From: Octopus sinensis
Taxonomy: Eukaryota
Length of the DNA: 64,000 nt
Direction: 5' to 3'
NCBI RefSeq assembly: GCF_006345805.1
Contig: NW_021833638.1
Location: 14,488-78,487 of the forward strand
The translations under genes were made by a program, and so were the position numbers. The notes beneath the pieces are model-generated. The model had not been told where the DNA came from, did not search any database, and saw only the letters and a program-made list of their open reading frames with translations. This document shows positions 25,104 through 37,269 of the stretch, piece by piece (position 1 is the stretch's first letter; each line of letters starts with the position of its first letter).

Positions 25104-25650
25104 TGTATGCATGTATGTATGCATGTATGTATGTATGTACGTACGTACGTACGTACGTATGTACGTATGTATGTATGTATGTATGTATGTATATATGTAT
25201 GTACGTACGTACGTATGTCTGTTGATGTATGATGTATGTATATATGTATGTATGCATATATATATATGTATATATTTCTATCTACTTATCTGTTTGTTTG
25301 TCTGTATGTATGTATGTATGTATGTATGTATGTATGTATGTATGTACGTACGTACGTACGTACGTACGTATGTATGTATGTATGTATATATGTATGTATG
25401 TATGTATGATGTATGTATGTATGCATGTATGTATGCATGTATGTATGTATGTACGTAAGTACGTACGTACGTATGTACGTATGTATGTATGTATGTATGT
25501 ATGTATATATGTATGTACGTACGTACGTATGTCTGTATGTATGTATGCATGTATGTATATATGTATGTATGCATATATATATATGTATGTACGCATGGCT
25601 GTATATATTGTATGTATTTATGTACATATGTATGTACGTAAGGACGTAAA
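24700..25650. repeat. (TATG)n/(TACG)n complex satellite with a 327-bp higher-order duplication
   Basis: Marker CTATCTACTTATCTGTTTGTTTGTCTG at 24951 and 25278. Confidence 0.9.
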
Positions 25651-26220
25651 AGATTGTATGAACTGGAATGTTTTCCTCGATTTTTACTGTAGAGAAGACA
25701 AAAGCAATTCGTTGTGAGACACTTCTAAGAATGTTTCCAGAAATGTTGAAAAGCAAGAAGAGCTTATTTCTTGACAGTTGAAGTTATCCAGAATAGAATC
25801 TGATCTACTGATAGAAGGGATTCTTTGTATTAATGTTGTACTTGTATATATTGTTAGTGCCACTGGTATATTTCGTTTAATGGAAGGGTTGAAAACGAAA
25901 TATGAAGGAAACATTTCTACCATACCTCTCTGTCATCTAGGGAAATTAAGGCAACGTAATACAAAACGTATACATTTCTGCATTAGAAAGAATCCCCCAC
26001 TCCCGCACTTTATCTCTCTTTCCTAGAGACATTACACTTACACTACGAAGACTAACGCAGAAAATATATGCAGAAATATGTATACATACATAGATACATT
26101 CATGCATACACGCATTCACACACAAACACGTACATACATACATACACACATACATACCCACATGCATACATACATGCATATATGCATACACATATATGCA
26201 TACACATATATGCATACAAA

Positions 26221-26450
26221 GGCGGTGAGCTGGCAGAAACGTTAGCACGCCGGGCGAAATGCGTAGCCGTATTTCGTCTGCCGCTACGTTCTGAGTTCAA
26301 ATTCCGCCGAGGTCGACTTTGCCTTTCATCCTTTCGGGGTCGATAAATTAATTACCAGTTACGCACTGGGATCGATGTAATCGACTTAACCCGTTTGTCT
26401 GTCCTTGTTTGTCCCCTCTGTGTTTAGCCCCTTGTGGGTAGTAAAGAAAT
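26221..26450 (+). mobile_element. SINE family B, full length
   Basis: Head to AAAGAAATA tail, near consensus. Confidence 0.92.
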
Positions 26451-26483
26451 ATATATGCATGCACACATACATACATAAATGAA

Positions 26484-26970
26484 AATCAGCTGCGCAGTGG
26501 ATTATAATATATAGCGAAAAAGAAAATACCCACGCCAAACTATTGAGAAATCTACAGTTACTCTACCCAGGTTACCACTTCAGGTTTATACCTGTAATTA
26601 TCGGGGCCGTGGGATATGTAGCATTTAGGCTTCTCAAAGCCAGAAAGGATAAAGACAATGCGAAGACTACAGATCCAAGCCAATCACTGGAATTATCTGT
26701 AAAATATGTAAAACATGTCAGAATTTTATCATTTGAGTATACATGCACATGTCTAGACATGCAACGATAAACATAAGAATACATACACAGAACAAGACAT
26801 ACAAATCTACACGTGCACTGACTCCAAATACTGCACAGATACAGACATGCTTGCAAAAATAACTTGTTGATGTTCTTGAAATTTCAATGAAGGAGCCCTT
26901 GATCTCGGTTAGAGACCAGCTCTTTCTCTGCTGGTAAGACACCTTGAAATTAAGCCGAATAATTACATTA
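26484..26970 (+). mobile_element. R4/Dong-like RLE non-LTR retrotransposon, extreme 3' fragment
   Basis: ISCAVDYNI...KLLRNLQLLYPGYHFRFIPVIIGAVGYV, paralogous to the C-terminus of 27004-27790. Confidence 0.65.
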
Positions 26971-27003
26971 CTACATACATACATACATACATACATACAT
27001 ACA

Positions 27004-27875
27004 TGGGTATATTGCTCAGAAGCTTGATGAGCACTTTCGAATTGACACGAAGCGTAGCCTCTCTTGGACACAAGACCACTACATCATATCACATTTTGAG
27101 GGCTATGTGTTCGCAATCCAGGAGCAGGAGATTGTCACAAAGTACCTGGTGAAGTAGAGAGACAGTGACGCTCTTGCAATCCCAAGGTGCAACTGCATGT
27201 GTAGGCTATTTCATGTTTCTGTGAAAGACATTACGCATGTGATTAGCAGCTGTCCTAAAATGTCGTCACAGTAATACCTCCCTATGCGGCACGATGTTGT
27301 TGCTAAAGCAATTTCCATTGCCATCCGCAAAAAAGACTGTCCTGAAATAAACGTAGAAAATCCCTGTTATGGAATACATTCATAAACATCACCTCAAGGA
27401 ATACTGGTGGAATATTCCCTCAAAACGTCTATCAAATGTAAACATAACAGGCTGGATATTGTTGTTTGAGACAGAGGGGCAAACGTATGTACCATCACAG
27501 AAGTTAACCACCCGGCAAATATAAAAATCTTTCTGCAAATCAAAGAGAAAGAGGATATCTATGGACAACTAACTGCTTCAAAACATCCAGCTTCTATATC
27601 CAGACTATGAATTCATATTCATACCAATAATAATTGGAGCACTATGTTTTGTTAGTAAATGCTTAAAAGAGAATCTGGATAAACTGGAATTTTCAGAAAG
27701 AGAAATCGACCGGCTGATACGCACATTACAAGTGCAATCTGTGAGTGGAACAGTAAAAATAAGCATCACTTTCCTCAAGTTCCAAATGTGGATTTGTCCG
27801 TATTAACTACATCCCAAAGATAGAACGTTGTATCTTTGTTGGAAACCGGCTCCCTCCTCAGTAGAAGATTTATAA
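27004..27875 (+). mobile_element. R4/Dong-like RLE non-LTR retrotransposon 3' fragment (pseudogene)
   Basis: FEGYVFAIQEQEIVTKY, CRL..V.DITHVISSC (CCHC-knuckle remnant), RHDVVAKAI, KHNRLDIVV.D...CTITEV.HP (PD-(D/E)xK-type endonuclease), EKEDIYGQL, FIPIIIGAL; internal stops. Confidence 0.8.
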
Positions 27876-27879
27876 TAAT

Positions 27880-27982
27880 TAAAAAATAGAAGAGGTACAT
27901 GCATATGCATACCTGTAATTTTTGGAGCATTAGGGTATGTAACACACTGCCTAAATACCAATCTTGGGAAATTAGTCTTCTC
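27880..27982 (+). mobile_element. Third R4/Dong-like micro-fragment
   Basis: IPVIFGALGYVTHCLNTNLGKLVFS matches the IPIIIGAL region of the neighbouring copies. Confidence 0.55.
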
Positions 27983-27995
27983 ATACATACATACA

Positions 27996-28031
<36 letters not shown>

Positions 28032-28040
28032 TATATATAT

Positions 28041-28083
<43 letters not shown>

Positions 28084-28090
28084 GAGATAG

Positions 28091-28168
<78 letters not shown>

Positions 28169-28319
28169 CAATCACTAGTCTTCGATGCGAAGGGGTCCCA
28201 ATGCAATACATATATCCTTTTTCCAGTGTCCTGGAAAAAGGGTATATGTATTCTTTGTCTATATATATATATATATATATATTATATATTATATATATAT
28301 ATATATATATAAATGTATG

Positions 28320-28756
28320 TAAACTTAGACTTAGATAAACTTAGATATGTTTCGACCAAAGATTGGTCCAGGCCATGTCTAACTTAATAGCACCACCTGA
28401 TAGGATTATTTGAATCCTGTTTAAGTCAAGTTTTGTTTATGGTCCATTCAAGTAGTGAGTTTTTTTTGGGTGAGTTGTATCCAATTATGGGTGGCTTATC
28501 TGGTATTCCTTAAAGGAATCTATCCAGACTCCGTTTAAAGTTGATGGGATCCTTTTCCTCTTTAATCTCTTTCGGGACAATGTTAAATAGGGCTGGGCCT
28601 ATTGAGGAAAAGAAATTATGTTGGAGTGTACATGTATGCTGTGATCTTGAATTGGGCAGGGGACGTATGGCCCGTGGTCCCAGTCTTGGATGAACCTTGA
28701 AGCTAATGTTCATGTCGTTTGGGCAAATTTGGCGGTATATTCTCCACATCGTACAA

Positions 28757-28765
<9 letters not shown>
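28320..28765 (-). mobile_element. CR1-group LINE family 2, 3' fragment
   Basis: ORF 28510-28749 (HPRLGPRA...HNFFSSIGPALFNIVPKEIKEEKDPINFKRSLDRFL) plus 3' UTR matching 9393-9690. Confidence 0.78.
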
Positions 28766-28794
<29 letters not shown>

Positions 28795-28839
28795 TCAATA
28801 AATGGTGGGGTTGTGTTGACCGCACGTGGAGAAATGATA

Positions 28840-31800
28840 AGTAAGGAAAAATTTTTTTTAAATGCAGAATGCTCAAATGAAAGAAAATTTTAATAAAATG
28901 AGAAAATGATAAAATATATAAATATATATTTATTCAACCGGTTTTCGTCCTTGTATGACTTGTCAAGAATATTTATGTTTTAGAAGTTATTTTAAAAATT
29001 AGAAAGGGGAAAAAAAGAAAATTGCATTGTTTTTTGTAAAAGAATAATGATAAAAATGTACAAAAATTAAAAAATAAGTTCTCCGATACATTGTGAGTTC
29101 GTTGTGTATCTTGAGTTTTATGGGTTTACCAAAAAATTACCTTGAGGTGTTAAGATCCAAAGGGATTAAGAGCATGTGATGTGTTGTGTTGTTAAATTCA
29201 GCATGTTGCAGGACAGGAAGTAGTAGTAATTGTGGTCCTGGTTCTTCAGTTCCTGTGTTGTGGGTAAGGGGAGACAACTCTTTTGAGTTCTTCAATAAAA
29301 CCCAAATTATAAAACTATCATTTTAGCTTCATTTGCATTATCTTTTTTATATAATTGCTTGTTAACTTAACTTTCAGATTTTAACACTTTATTTATATTA
29401 TTTTCTAATAATATAAATCTGCATAGACAATTGCATTTCAAATTGTCATATCATTTATAATAAAAATGATAGTAATAACAACAATAGTAAAATGATATTT
29501 AAAAAATATAAGTTTTAGCTTGAAGTGATGAATGCATGGTATCTTTATATATTTGTGTTAGTCCATCCATGAAGAGTGAGGTAGAGAAAGGAAATTTGAT
29601 CAACGAGGAGTTTGCATATTAAGTTGTGTTTGGAATTTTTCAATAAAGAGATTCTCCTTGTTAATTCTCTCCTGTGTGGTGATACCGTCTTTACATTGGT
29701 AGAGGGAATATATAGAATTTGGGGTTAAGTCTTTAGCACATGAGTCTAAGTGGTCACTCAGTGGAATTTGTCGGTATTCCGGGAGATTTATTTGTTCTTT
29801 ATGCACCGTTACTCGTTTACGTAACGGGAGACTCGTTTGTCCAACATAATTATGTTGGCAACCAGCGCATGTGAGGACGTAGATAAGGTTCTCGGAGGAA
29901 CAGGAGAAGTTAGTCTTGATTTTAAACTTCGTACCTTGTTTGAAGGTAAATTCAGAGCCTTCAAGTAGAAAGGGGCAGGTACCACAGTTTGAGCGTGCAC
30001 ATTTTTTTACTGTTGGGGGTGGATGTGGGTGTGTGAAGTTTGGCATTTGTCAAGAGTTTTTTTAAGATTTGTGTTGCCTTTTGCATTGAGGATTTGTGTG
30101 TATTTATAATGTTTTTCATTTTTGGGTCTGTTGACAGTAGACTGAGGTTTTGTATGATTGTGGTGTATGCTTCGATATTTTGGGGTTGTGGGTGGAAATG
30201 TATGGAAGTATTTTGAGGTTTGTGTGTGGTGTTAGGTTGGGTGGTTTTCAGTGTAGTGTTGTCTAGTTCTTTGGCGCGTTTATTCCATACTCTATAAGGG
30301 TGGAGGGATATTGACGTTGTAATAGTGTTTTTTTTGAGGTCTTGAAGGCGTATTTCTCGTGTTTTGGATCCGAGCAAATGGTGCATACCCTTTTAGCTAA
30401 ATTGAAAGGGATATTTGTCTTGGTGTGTTTTGGGTGGCATGAACTAAAGAGGAGGTATTGTGTGAGTCTGTAGGTTTGTGGTAGATGTCTGTTATGATTG
30501 GTTCTTAGGTGTTTTATAATTAGGAGATCAAGGAATGGGAGATGATGTTTGCTTAATTCCATAGTGAATTGGATGTTGGGATGTATGTTGTTTAGTATGG
30601 TTTGAATTCCAGGAGTTTTTCATAGGTTCTTTCCATATGATGAACAATCATCTAAATACCTTTTCCAGTTTTCCATTAGGTAGGTGTGGAAAACATGTCC
30701 AAATTCTGGCTTGATATTTCATAGAGTGACAGTTCGAAGTAACCCATTATGAGGTTCGCAAGGACTGGTGCAGCCTTGGTACCCATCGCAATGCCACATT
30801 TTTGACGGTAGTGTGTGTCGTCGAAGAGAAAAATTGTTTGTCAGAATGAACTTAGAGATTCTGTAATAAAAGACTTGTTAATGCGGTCAGGGAATGTCTC
30901 TGGGTGTTTTCTAGCCAGAAGTCAATTGCCTCTATACCATACTCGTGTGGAATGTTGGTGTAGAGGTGATGACATCAAGGATACCAGGAGTGCTCCTCGT
31001 CGTTAACTGTTTTCGGGAGGTGTTTGAGCATGTCCAGATCATCCCTAATGAAACTTTTGATGTGGGGTAAGGAAAGGTTTCAAAGGATGTGCTAGGAAGT
31101 TACTCAGGCGGTGTGTTTCACAGGACGTGGTACCAGCCACGATGGGCCTTAGTTTTAGGCCTCCGGTGCTTTGATGTGATGTGGATGTCAGTGGAGAGTT
31201 TGCAGGCTTCGGTGATGTATTTGTTTTTATGGATTTTAGGAAGGCCATAAAAAGGCTGGGCTTGCATTTGAAAATGGTGATATAATCCCTTCTTTTCTGT
31301 GAGTCCCTGACCGTGGTTGGCGTATGAGTGTGGTGAGGTTTCTGATTGTTTTTTGCTGTTTGTAGTTGTTAATAACCTCATAGAAAATGTTATTGTTAAG
31401 CATGGAGACAACACTAGGTGTTTATAAAATTCCTGTCCATAAGGAACACAGCACTCCCTTTGTCCGCTTCTTTGATGGTGAGGTTTTTATCCGTTGTATG
31501 TCACGTAGGTTTTCCCTTCTTCCTTACTGAAATTGGATTTACCTTGGTTTTGCTTGGGGTAAAGGGGAGACTCTGGATGTGTTTACAGAAATCGTCCAGT
31601 GTTTTATTTCTCCCTTTTGGTGGTAGGAAGTTGCTTTTATTTCTGATCAATGAATCGTCCCCATTGTTGATATCGGTCAAAGCTTCTGTTAGGCGAAGTT
31701 TTCTGCAGAATTCAGAGAAACGTCATCCTTGACCTCCGGGGGTTGGGTGTTCTTGGGGTGGGTGTGAATTTCAAACTCTTGCTAGGATGTTGATTTGGGT

Positions 31801-31940
31801 TGGTGTCAGTGTTTTGCTGGAGAGGTTTATAATTTTTGTTTTCTTATTTTGGGTCTGTGTTAGCGGTGGTGTTTGTATTTTTCCCCTCTGTCTAAAAAAT
31901 GGTTGTTGAGGTAAGGGGTGTATTCTTTGTTAAAGTTCTG
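28840..31940 (-). mobile_element. Penelope-like element (RT plus GIY-YIG endonuclease), longer copy, frameshifted
   Basis: Minus translation: KIINLSSKTLT..LKFTPTP, TIKEADKGSAV, FYGLPKIHK, LRPIVAG, DVINLYTNIP, GIAMGTKAAP, RYLDD, LPFLDL; ORF 29600-30046 has CARSNCGTC and NLIYVLTCAGCQHNYVGQT (GIY-YIG). Confidence 0.93.
28931..28971 (-). ncRNA. Variant hammerhead motif (U3/A8 core) in Penelope terminus
   Basis: Minus: TATTC-TTGACAA-GTC(ATACAAG)GAC-GAAA-ACCGGT-T-GAATA. Confidence 0.6.
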
Positions 31941-34069
31941 CCGAAAACAGTTAACGAGGAGGCACTCCTGGTATCCTTTGATGTCATCAACCTCTACACC
32001 AACATTCCACACGAGTATGGTATAGAGGCAATTGACTTCAGGCTAGAAAAACACCCAGAGACATTCCCTGACCGCATTAACAAGTCTTTTATTACAGAAT
32101 CTCTTAAGTTCATTCTGACAAACAATTTTTTTCTCTTCGACGACACACACTAACGTCAAAAATGTGGCATTCGAACTGTCACTCTATGAAATATCAAGCC
32201 AGAAATTGGACATGTTTTCCACACCTACCTAATGAAAAACTGGAAAAGGTATTTAGATGATTGTTTCATCATATGGAAAGAAACTTATGAAAAACTCCTG
32301 GAATTCAAAACCATACTAAACAACATACATCCAAACATCCAATTCACTATGGAATTAAGCAAACATCATCTCCCCATTCCTTGATCTCCTAATTATAAAA
32401 ACACCTAAGGACCAAATCATAACAGACATCTACCACAAACCTACAGACTCACAACCAATACCTCCTCTTTAGTCATGCCACCCAAAACACACCAAGACAA
32501 ATATCCCTTTCAATTTAGCTAAAAGGGTATGCACCATTGTCTTGGATCCAAAAACACGAGAAATACGCCTTCAAGACCTCAAAAAAACACTATTACAACG
32601 TCAATATCCCTCCACCCTTATAGAGTATGGAATATAAAACGCGCCAAAGAACTAGACAACACTACACTGAAAACCACCCAACCTAACACCACACACAACC
32701 TCAAAATACTTCCATACATTTCCACCCACAACCCCAAAAATATCGAAGCATACACCACAATCATACAAAACCTCAGTCTACTGTCAACAGACCAAAAATG
32801 AAAAACATTATAAATACACACAAAATCCTCAAATGCAAAAGGCAACACAAATCTTTAAAAAACTCTTGACAAATGCCAAACTTCACACACCACATCCACC
32901 CCCAACAGTAAAAAAATGTGCACGCTCAAACTGTGGTACCTGCCCCTTTACTTGAGGCTTGAATTTACCTTCAAACAAGGTACGAAGTTTAAAATCAAGA
33001 CTAACTTCTCTGTTCCTCGAGAACCTTATTCTACGTCCTCACATGCGCTGGTTGCCAACATAATTATGTTGGACAACGAGCTCCCGTTACGTAAACGAGT
33101 AACGGTGCATAAAGCACAAAATAAATCTCCCGGAATACCGACAAATTCCACTGAGAGTGACCACTTAGACTCATGTGCTAAAGACTTAACCCCAAATTCT
33201 ATATATTCCCCTTCTACCAATGTAAGACGGGATCACCACACAGGAGGAGAATTAACAAGGAGATCTCTTTATTGAAAAATTCCAAACACAACTTAATATG
33301 CAAACTCCTCGTTGATCAAATTTCCTTTCTCTACCTCACTCTTCATGGATGGACTAACACAAATATTATAAAGATTACCATGCATTCATCACTTCAAGCT
33401 AAAACTTATATTCTTTAAATATCATTTTTACTATTGTTGTTTATTACTATCATTTTTATTATAAATGATTATGACAATTTGAAATGCAATTGTCTATGCA
33501 GATTATATTATTAGAAAATAATATAAATAAAGTGTTAAAATCTGAAAGTTAAGTTAACAAGCAATTATATAAAAAAGATAATGCAAATGAAGCTAAAATG
33601 ATAGTTTTATAATTTGGGTTTATTGAAGAACTCAAAAGAGTTGTCTCCCCTTACCCACAACACAGGAACTGAAGAACCAGAGACCACAATTCTACTACTT
33701 CCTGTCCTGCAACATGTGAATTTAAAACACAACACATCACATGCTCTTAATCCCTTTGGATCTTAACACCTCAAGGTAATTTTTGGGTAAACAACCATAA
33801 AAATCAAGATACACAACGAACTCACAATGTATCGAGAGAGAACTTATTTTTTAATTTTGTACATTTTATCATTATTCTTTTACAAAAAACAATGCAATTT
33901 TCTTTTTTCCCCTTTCTAATTTTTAAAATTAACTTCTTAAAACATAAATATTCTTGACAAGTCATACAAGGACGAAAACGGGTTGAATAAATATATATTA
34001 TATATTTATCATTTTCTCATTTTATTAAATTTTTTCATTTGAGCATTCTGCATTTAAAAAAATTTTCCT

Positions 34070-34073
<4 letters not shown>
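31941..34073 (+). mobile_element. Penelope-like element, 5'-truncated inverted copy
   Basis: Reverse complement of 28840-31017; WKRYLDDCFIIW with YLDD at 32250-32261; ~53-nt deletion removing the AMGTKAAP motif near 32171; many 1-nt indels. Confidence 0.93.
33949..33989 (+). ncRNA. Variant hammerhead motif (U3/A8 core), second copy
   Basis: TATTC-TTGACAA-GTC(ATACAAG)GAC-GAAA-ACGGGT-T-GAATA; one change in the stem III palindrome. Confidence 0.55.
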
Positions 34074-34117
<44 letters not shown>

Positions 34118-34149
34118 GTACACACACGCACACACACACACAAACACAC

Positions 34150-34184
<35 letters not shown>

Positions 34185-34584
34185 CTATATATATATATAT
34201 ATATACACACACATTTATAGATACATATGTTCGTTTTTGCAGGTGAATGTCTAAATATATAAATGTATATAAGTAAATATTCAAGTTTGTATGTATGAGA
34301 AACAACAAAGAAACTTCTACAGTTATACTTTTTGCACAAAATTATATGCAGCCATCTTAATCGAGAACCAGATATATTACTTTACACCTACGCATGCACT
34401 AAATCACACGGTGCATATGTAATATATATATTCATATATACAATATTTAAACGGGTGTTTATTTGTGTGTATAGAAATGTGAAGAAATAACAAAAATTCG
34501 ATATTATTTATTTTAGTATAATATTTTTTTACCAATTTCTGTAATATAATTCTATGTATATACGTGTGAATGCGTGTTATCGTG

Positions 34585-34795
34585 TGTATGTATGTATATA
34601 TGTATGTATGTATGTATGCATGCATGTATGTATGTATGTATGTATGTATGTATGTATGTATGTATGTATGTATGTATGCATGTATGTATGTATGCATGCA
34701 TGCATGTATGTATGTATGTATGTAAATAACATGAAAGACAGAAAATGTATGTATGTATGTATGTATGTATGTATGTATGTATGTATGTATGTAGA
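34585..34795. repeat. (TATG)n microsatellite
   Basis: Directly visible. Confidence 0.95.
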
Positions 34796-34880
34796 TAGCT
34801 AAATAAATACATTAACATAATGAGCACTTTGAGTCCGTTACCTAAAAATCATATTGAAAAATGTGTTAGAATAGACATAA

Positions 34881-34921
<41 letters not shown>

Positions 34922-35409
34922 CCAACTAAATGTGGCAGCTCCATAGGGAACGATGCTGCTAGTTGTATTTAGCCCCAGGAGGAAATATGCTCCAGCTGGT
35001 TAACGACACACTGTCTTTGTCCGATCAGTATTTGAGAGTGGGGGGGAATCACCGTTCCCATTTCTAGCCTTACATATTACACACAGATCCGGGTTTCTGG
35101 ATGGCAACCAGTCATCAGTTTATGATAATCACGAGGTAGTGATAAGAATTCATTCCACACGGAAAATACTATATGCGTTTTTGCAGTGACATACTGTCAC
35201 TGATCTTGAAAAAGGCGAGAGAAGCAATATTAATCTCTAAGGCTAGAGATGGGAACGATAAATACCCCTCGCAGATACTAATCGGACACAGTGTGCCGTT
35301 AGCCAGTTGTGGGAGATGTGTTCCTGGTGCTAAAAACAACAGTAGCATCGTCCTCTATGGGACGGCCACATTTATTTGGGAATTATATTTTACGATTCTA
35401 TACTGCTAC

Positions 35410-35700
35410 TGTTTAGGGCAGCGGACTCGTGGTCGGAGGATCGCGGTTTCGATTCCCAGACCGAGCGTTGTGTGTATTTATTGAGCGAAAACACCTAAAA
35501 GCTCCCCGAAGCTCCGGAAGGGGCTGGTGGCGACCCCTGTTGTTCTCTTTCGCCCCAACTTTCTCTCACTCTCTCTTCCTGTTTCTTGAGTAACGCTGCG
35601 ATGGATTGGCGTCCGTCGACCTATGGGGGAGCACATACGCCACAGAAACCGGGAAACTGGCCTATGAGCCTGGATAGGCTTGAAAAAGGCGCATACAACA
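35410..35700 (+). mobile_element. tRNA-derived SINE family C with V-domain-like 3' module
   Basis: Head GGGCAGCGGACTCG...GGTTTCGATTCCC shared with 50393; 3' part CTGCGATGGATTGGCGTCC...CAGAAACCGGGAAACTGGCC. Confidence 0.75.
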
Positions 35701-35748
35701 CACACACAACACACACACACACACCACACACACACACAAACACATATA

Positions 35749-35787
<39 letters not shown>

Positions 35788-36319
35788 TATGATGTAATTG
35801 AGATTCTGTTGAATTAGGTACTTAAATTCAGGCCCCATGTTAGGACAAACATATTTGCACACTGAAACCATATTAGGCGAGTATCAAACTCTACATAGAA
35901 TTTTTCCACCCAACATTCATGCAGTGAATGAGGTTGTCACGAATCTACTTAGTGACAAATCCGTTCTTGTTTGTCCATACATGTACTTTATATATAGATA
36001 GTTTCCAAACACTTTCGGAGTGCGCATTCCAGGGTAGGTGAGTAAAAGATGAGTAACAAAGATGTATGTGTCAATTCATCACGACCATTTCGAAAGACTC
36101 CTTTAATTGGTCAATGAAAGCATTACATCATTACAGAGAAAACCGTTCTTATCAGATGACCTCATAGACCTCAAACATAAAGGACACACACACATAAAGC
36201 AGAATACACTTGCCCAAGGAGCCACTCAGTGGGACTGAACCCGGAACCATGTGCTTGTGAAGCAAACATGCATGTATGTATCTATGTATGTATTTTGAAT
36301 ACATAGAGCTGTGTGTATA

Positions 36320-36549
36320 TACTCTTTACTCTTTTACTTGTTTCAGTCATTTGACTGTGGCCATGCTGGAGCATCGCCTTTAGTCGAGTAAATCGACCCC
36401 AGGACTTATTCTTTGTAAGCCTAGTACTTATTCTATCGGTGTCTTTTGCCGAACCGCTAAGTTACGGGGACGTAAACACACCAGCATCGGTTGTCAAGCG
36501 ATGCTGGGGACACAAACACAAACACACACACACACACACACGCACACGC

Positions 36550-36590
<41 letters not shown>

Positions 36591-36767
36591 CAAATACATA
36601 TATACGACGGGCTTCTTTCAGTTTCCGTCTACCAAATCCACTCACAAGGCTTCGGTCGGCCCGAGGCTATAGTAGAAGACACTTGCCCAAGGTGCCACGC
36701 AGTGGGATTGACCCGGAACCATGTGGTTGGTAAGCAAGCTATTTAGCACACAGCCACTCCTGTGCCT
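36320..36767 (-). mobile_element. SINE family A
   Basis: Full length; an additional head fragment lies at 36195-36265. Confidence 0.92.
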
Positions 36768-37269
36768 ATATCTGTAAACATACATATATACAAATTAATA
36801 CACATATTATACACACCCACACACCCATACATACATATATATTAATTTAAGACATCGTTCAGCATGATTTATGTAGTGGTTACAGAGTGCTCATTATGCT
36901 AAATTAATGTAATGTAATATAAACGACAGCATATACATTCAAAATACACAAGGGAGTACGAAAATTAATGCTAAAATAGATATCATCTTACACAATCTAC
37001 GCTGCTGTTTCGATTAACTTTGTACCTCCATCAGTACAGGAAGGGATTGTGCATATATTGCAATATCTTACATAGAATTTTGTATGGTCCGTGTTATTGA
37101 CTATGACATATTAAGGCGATTAAGGCTACTTTCTGTAGCACTGCTTCTCGTACTTGGTCTTTGAAGTATTGGGATCTTCAATGATAAGACAATAAATAAG
37201 GTTTAACATGTCCTAGATATATAAATATACGTACATATAGAGAGAGATTTAATATAGCCTATATATATC

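Noticed and set aside
25680-26060. Overlapping 79-100 aa ORFs in non-repetitive sequence
   Set aside because: No recognisable domain, splice pattern or codon signal; left unassigned.
33663-33705. CAGGAA-CTGAAGA...TTCCTG inside the Penelope terminus
   Set aside because: Flanks could pair like stem I, but there is no GAAA or stem II in either arm.
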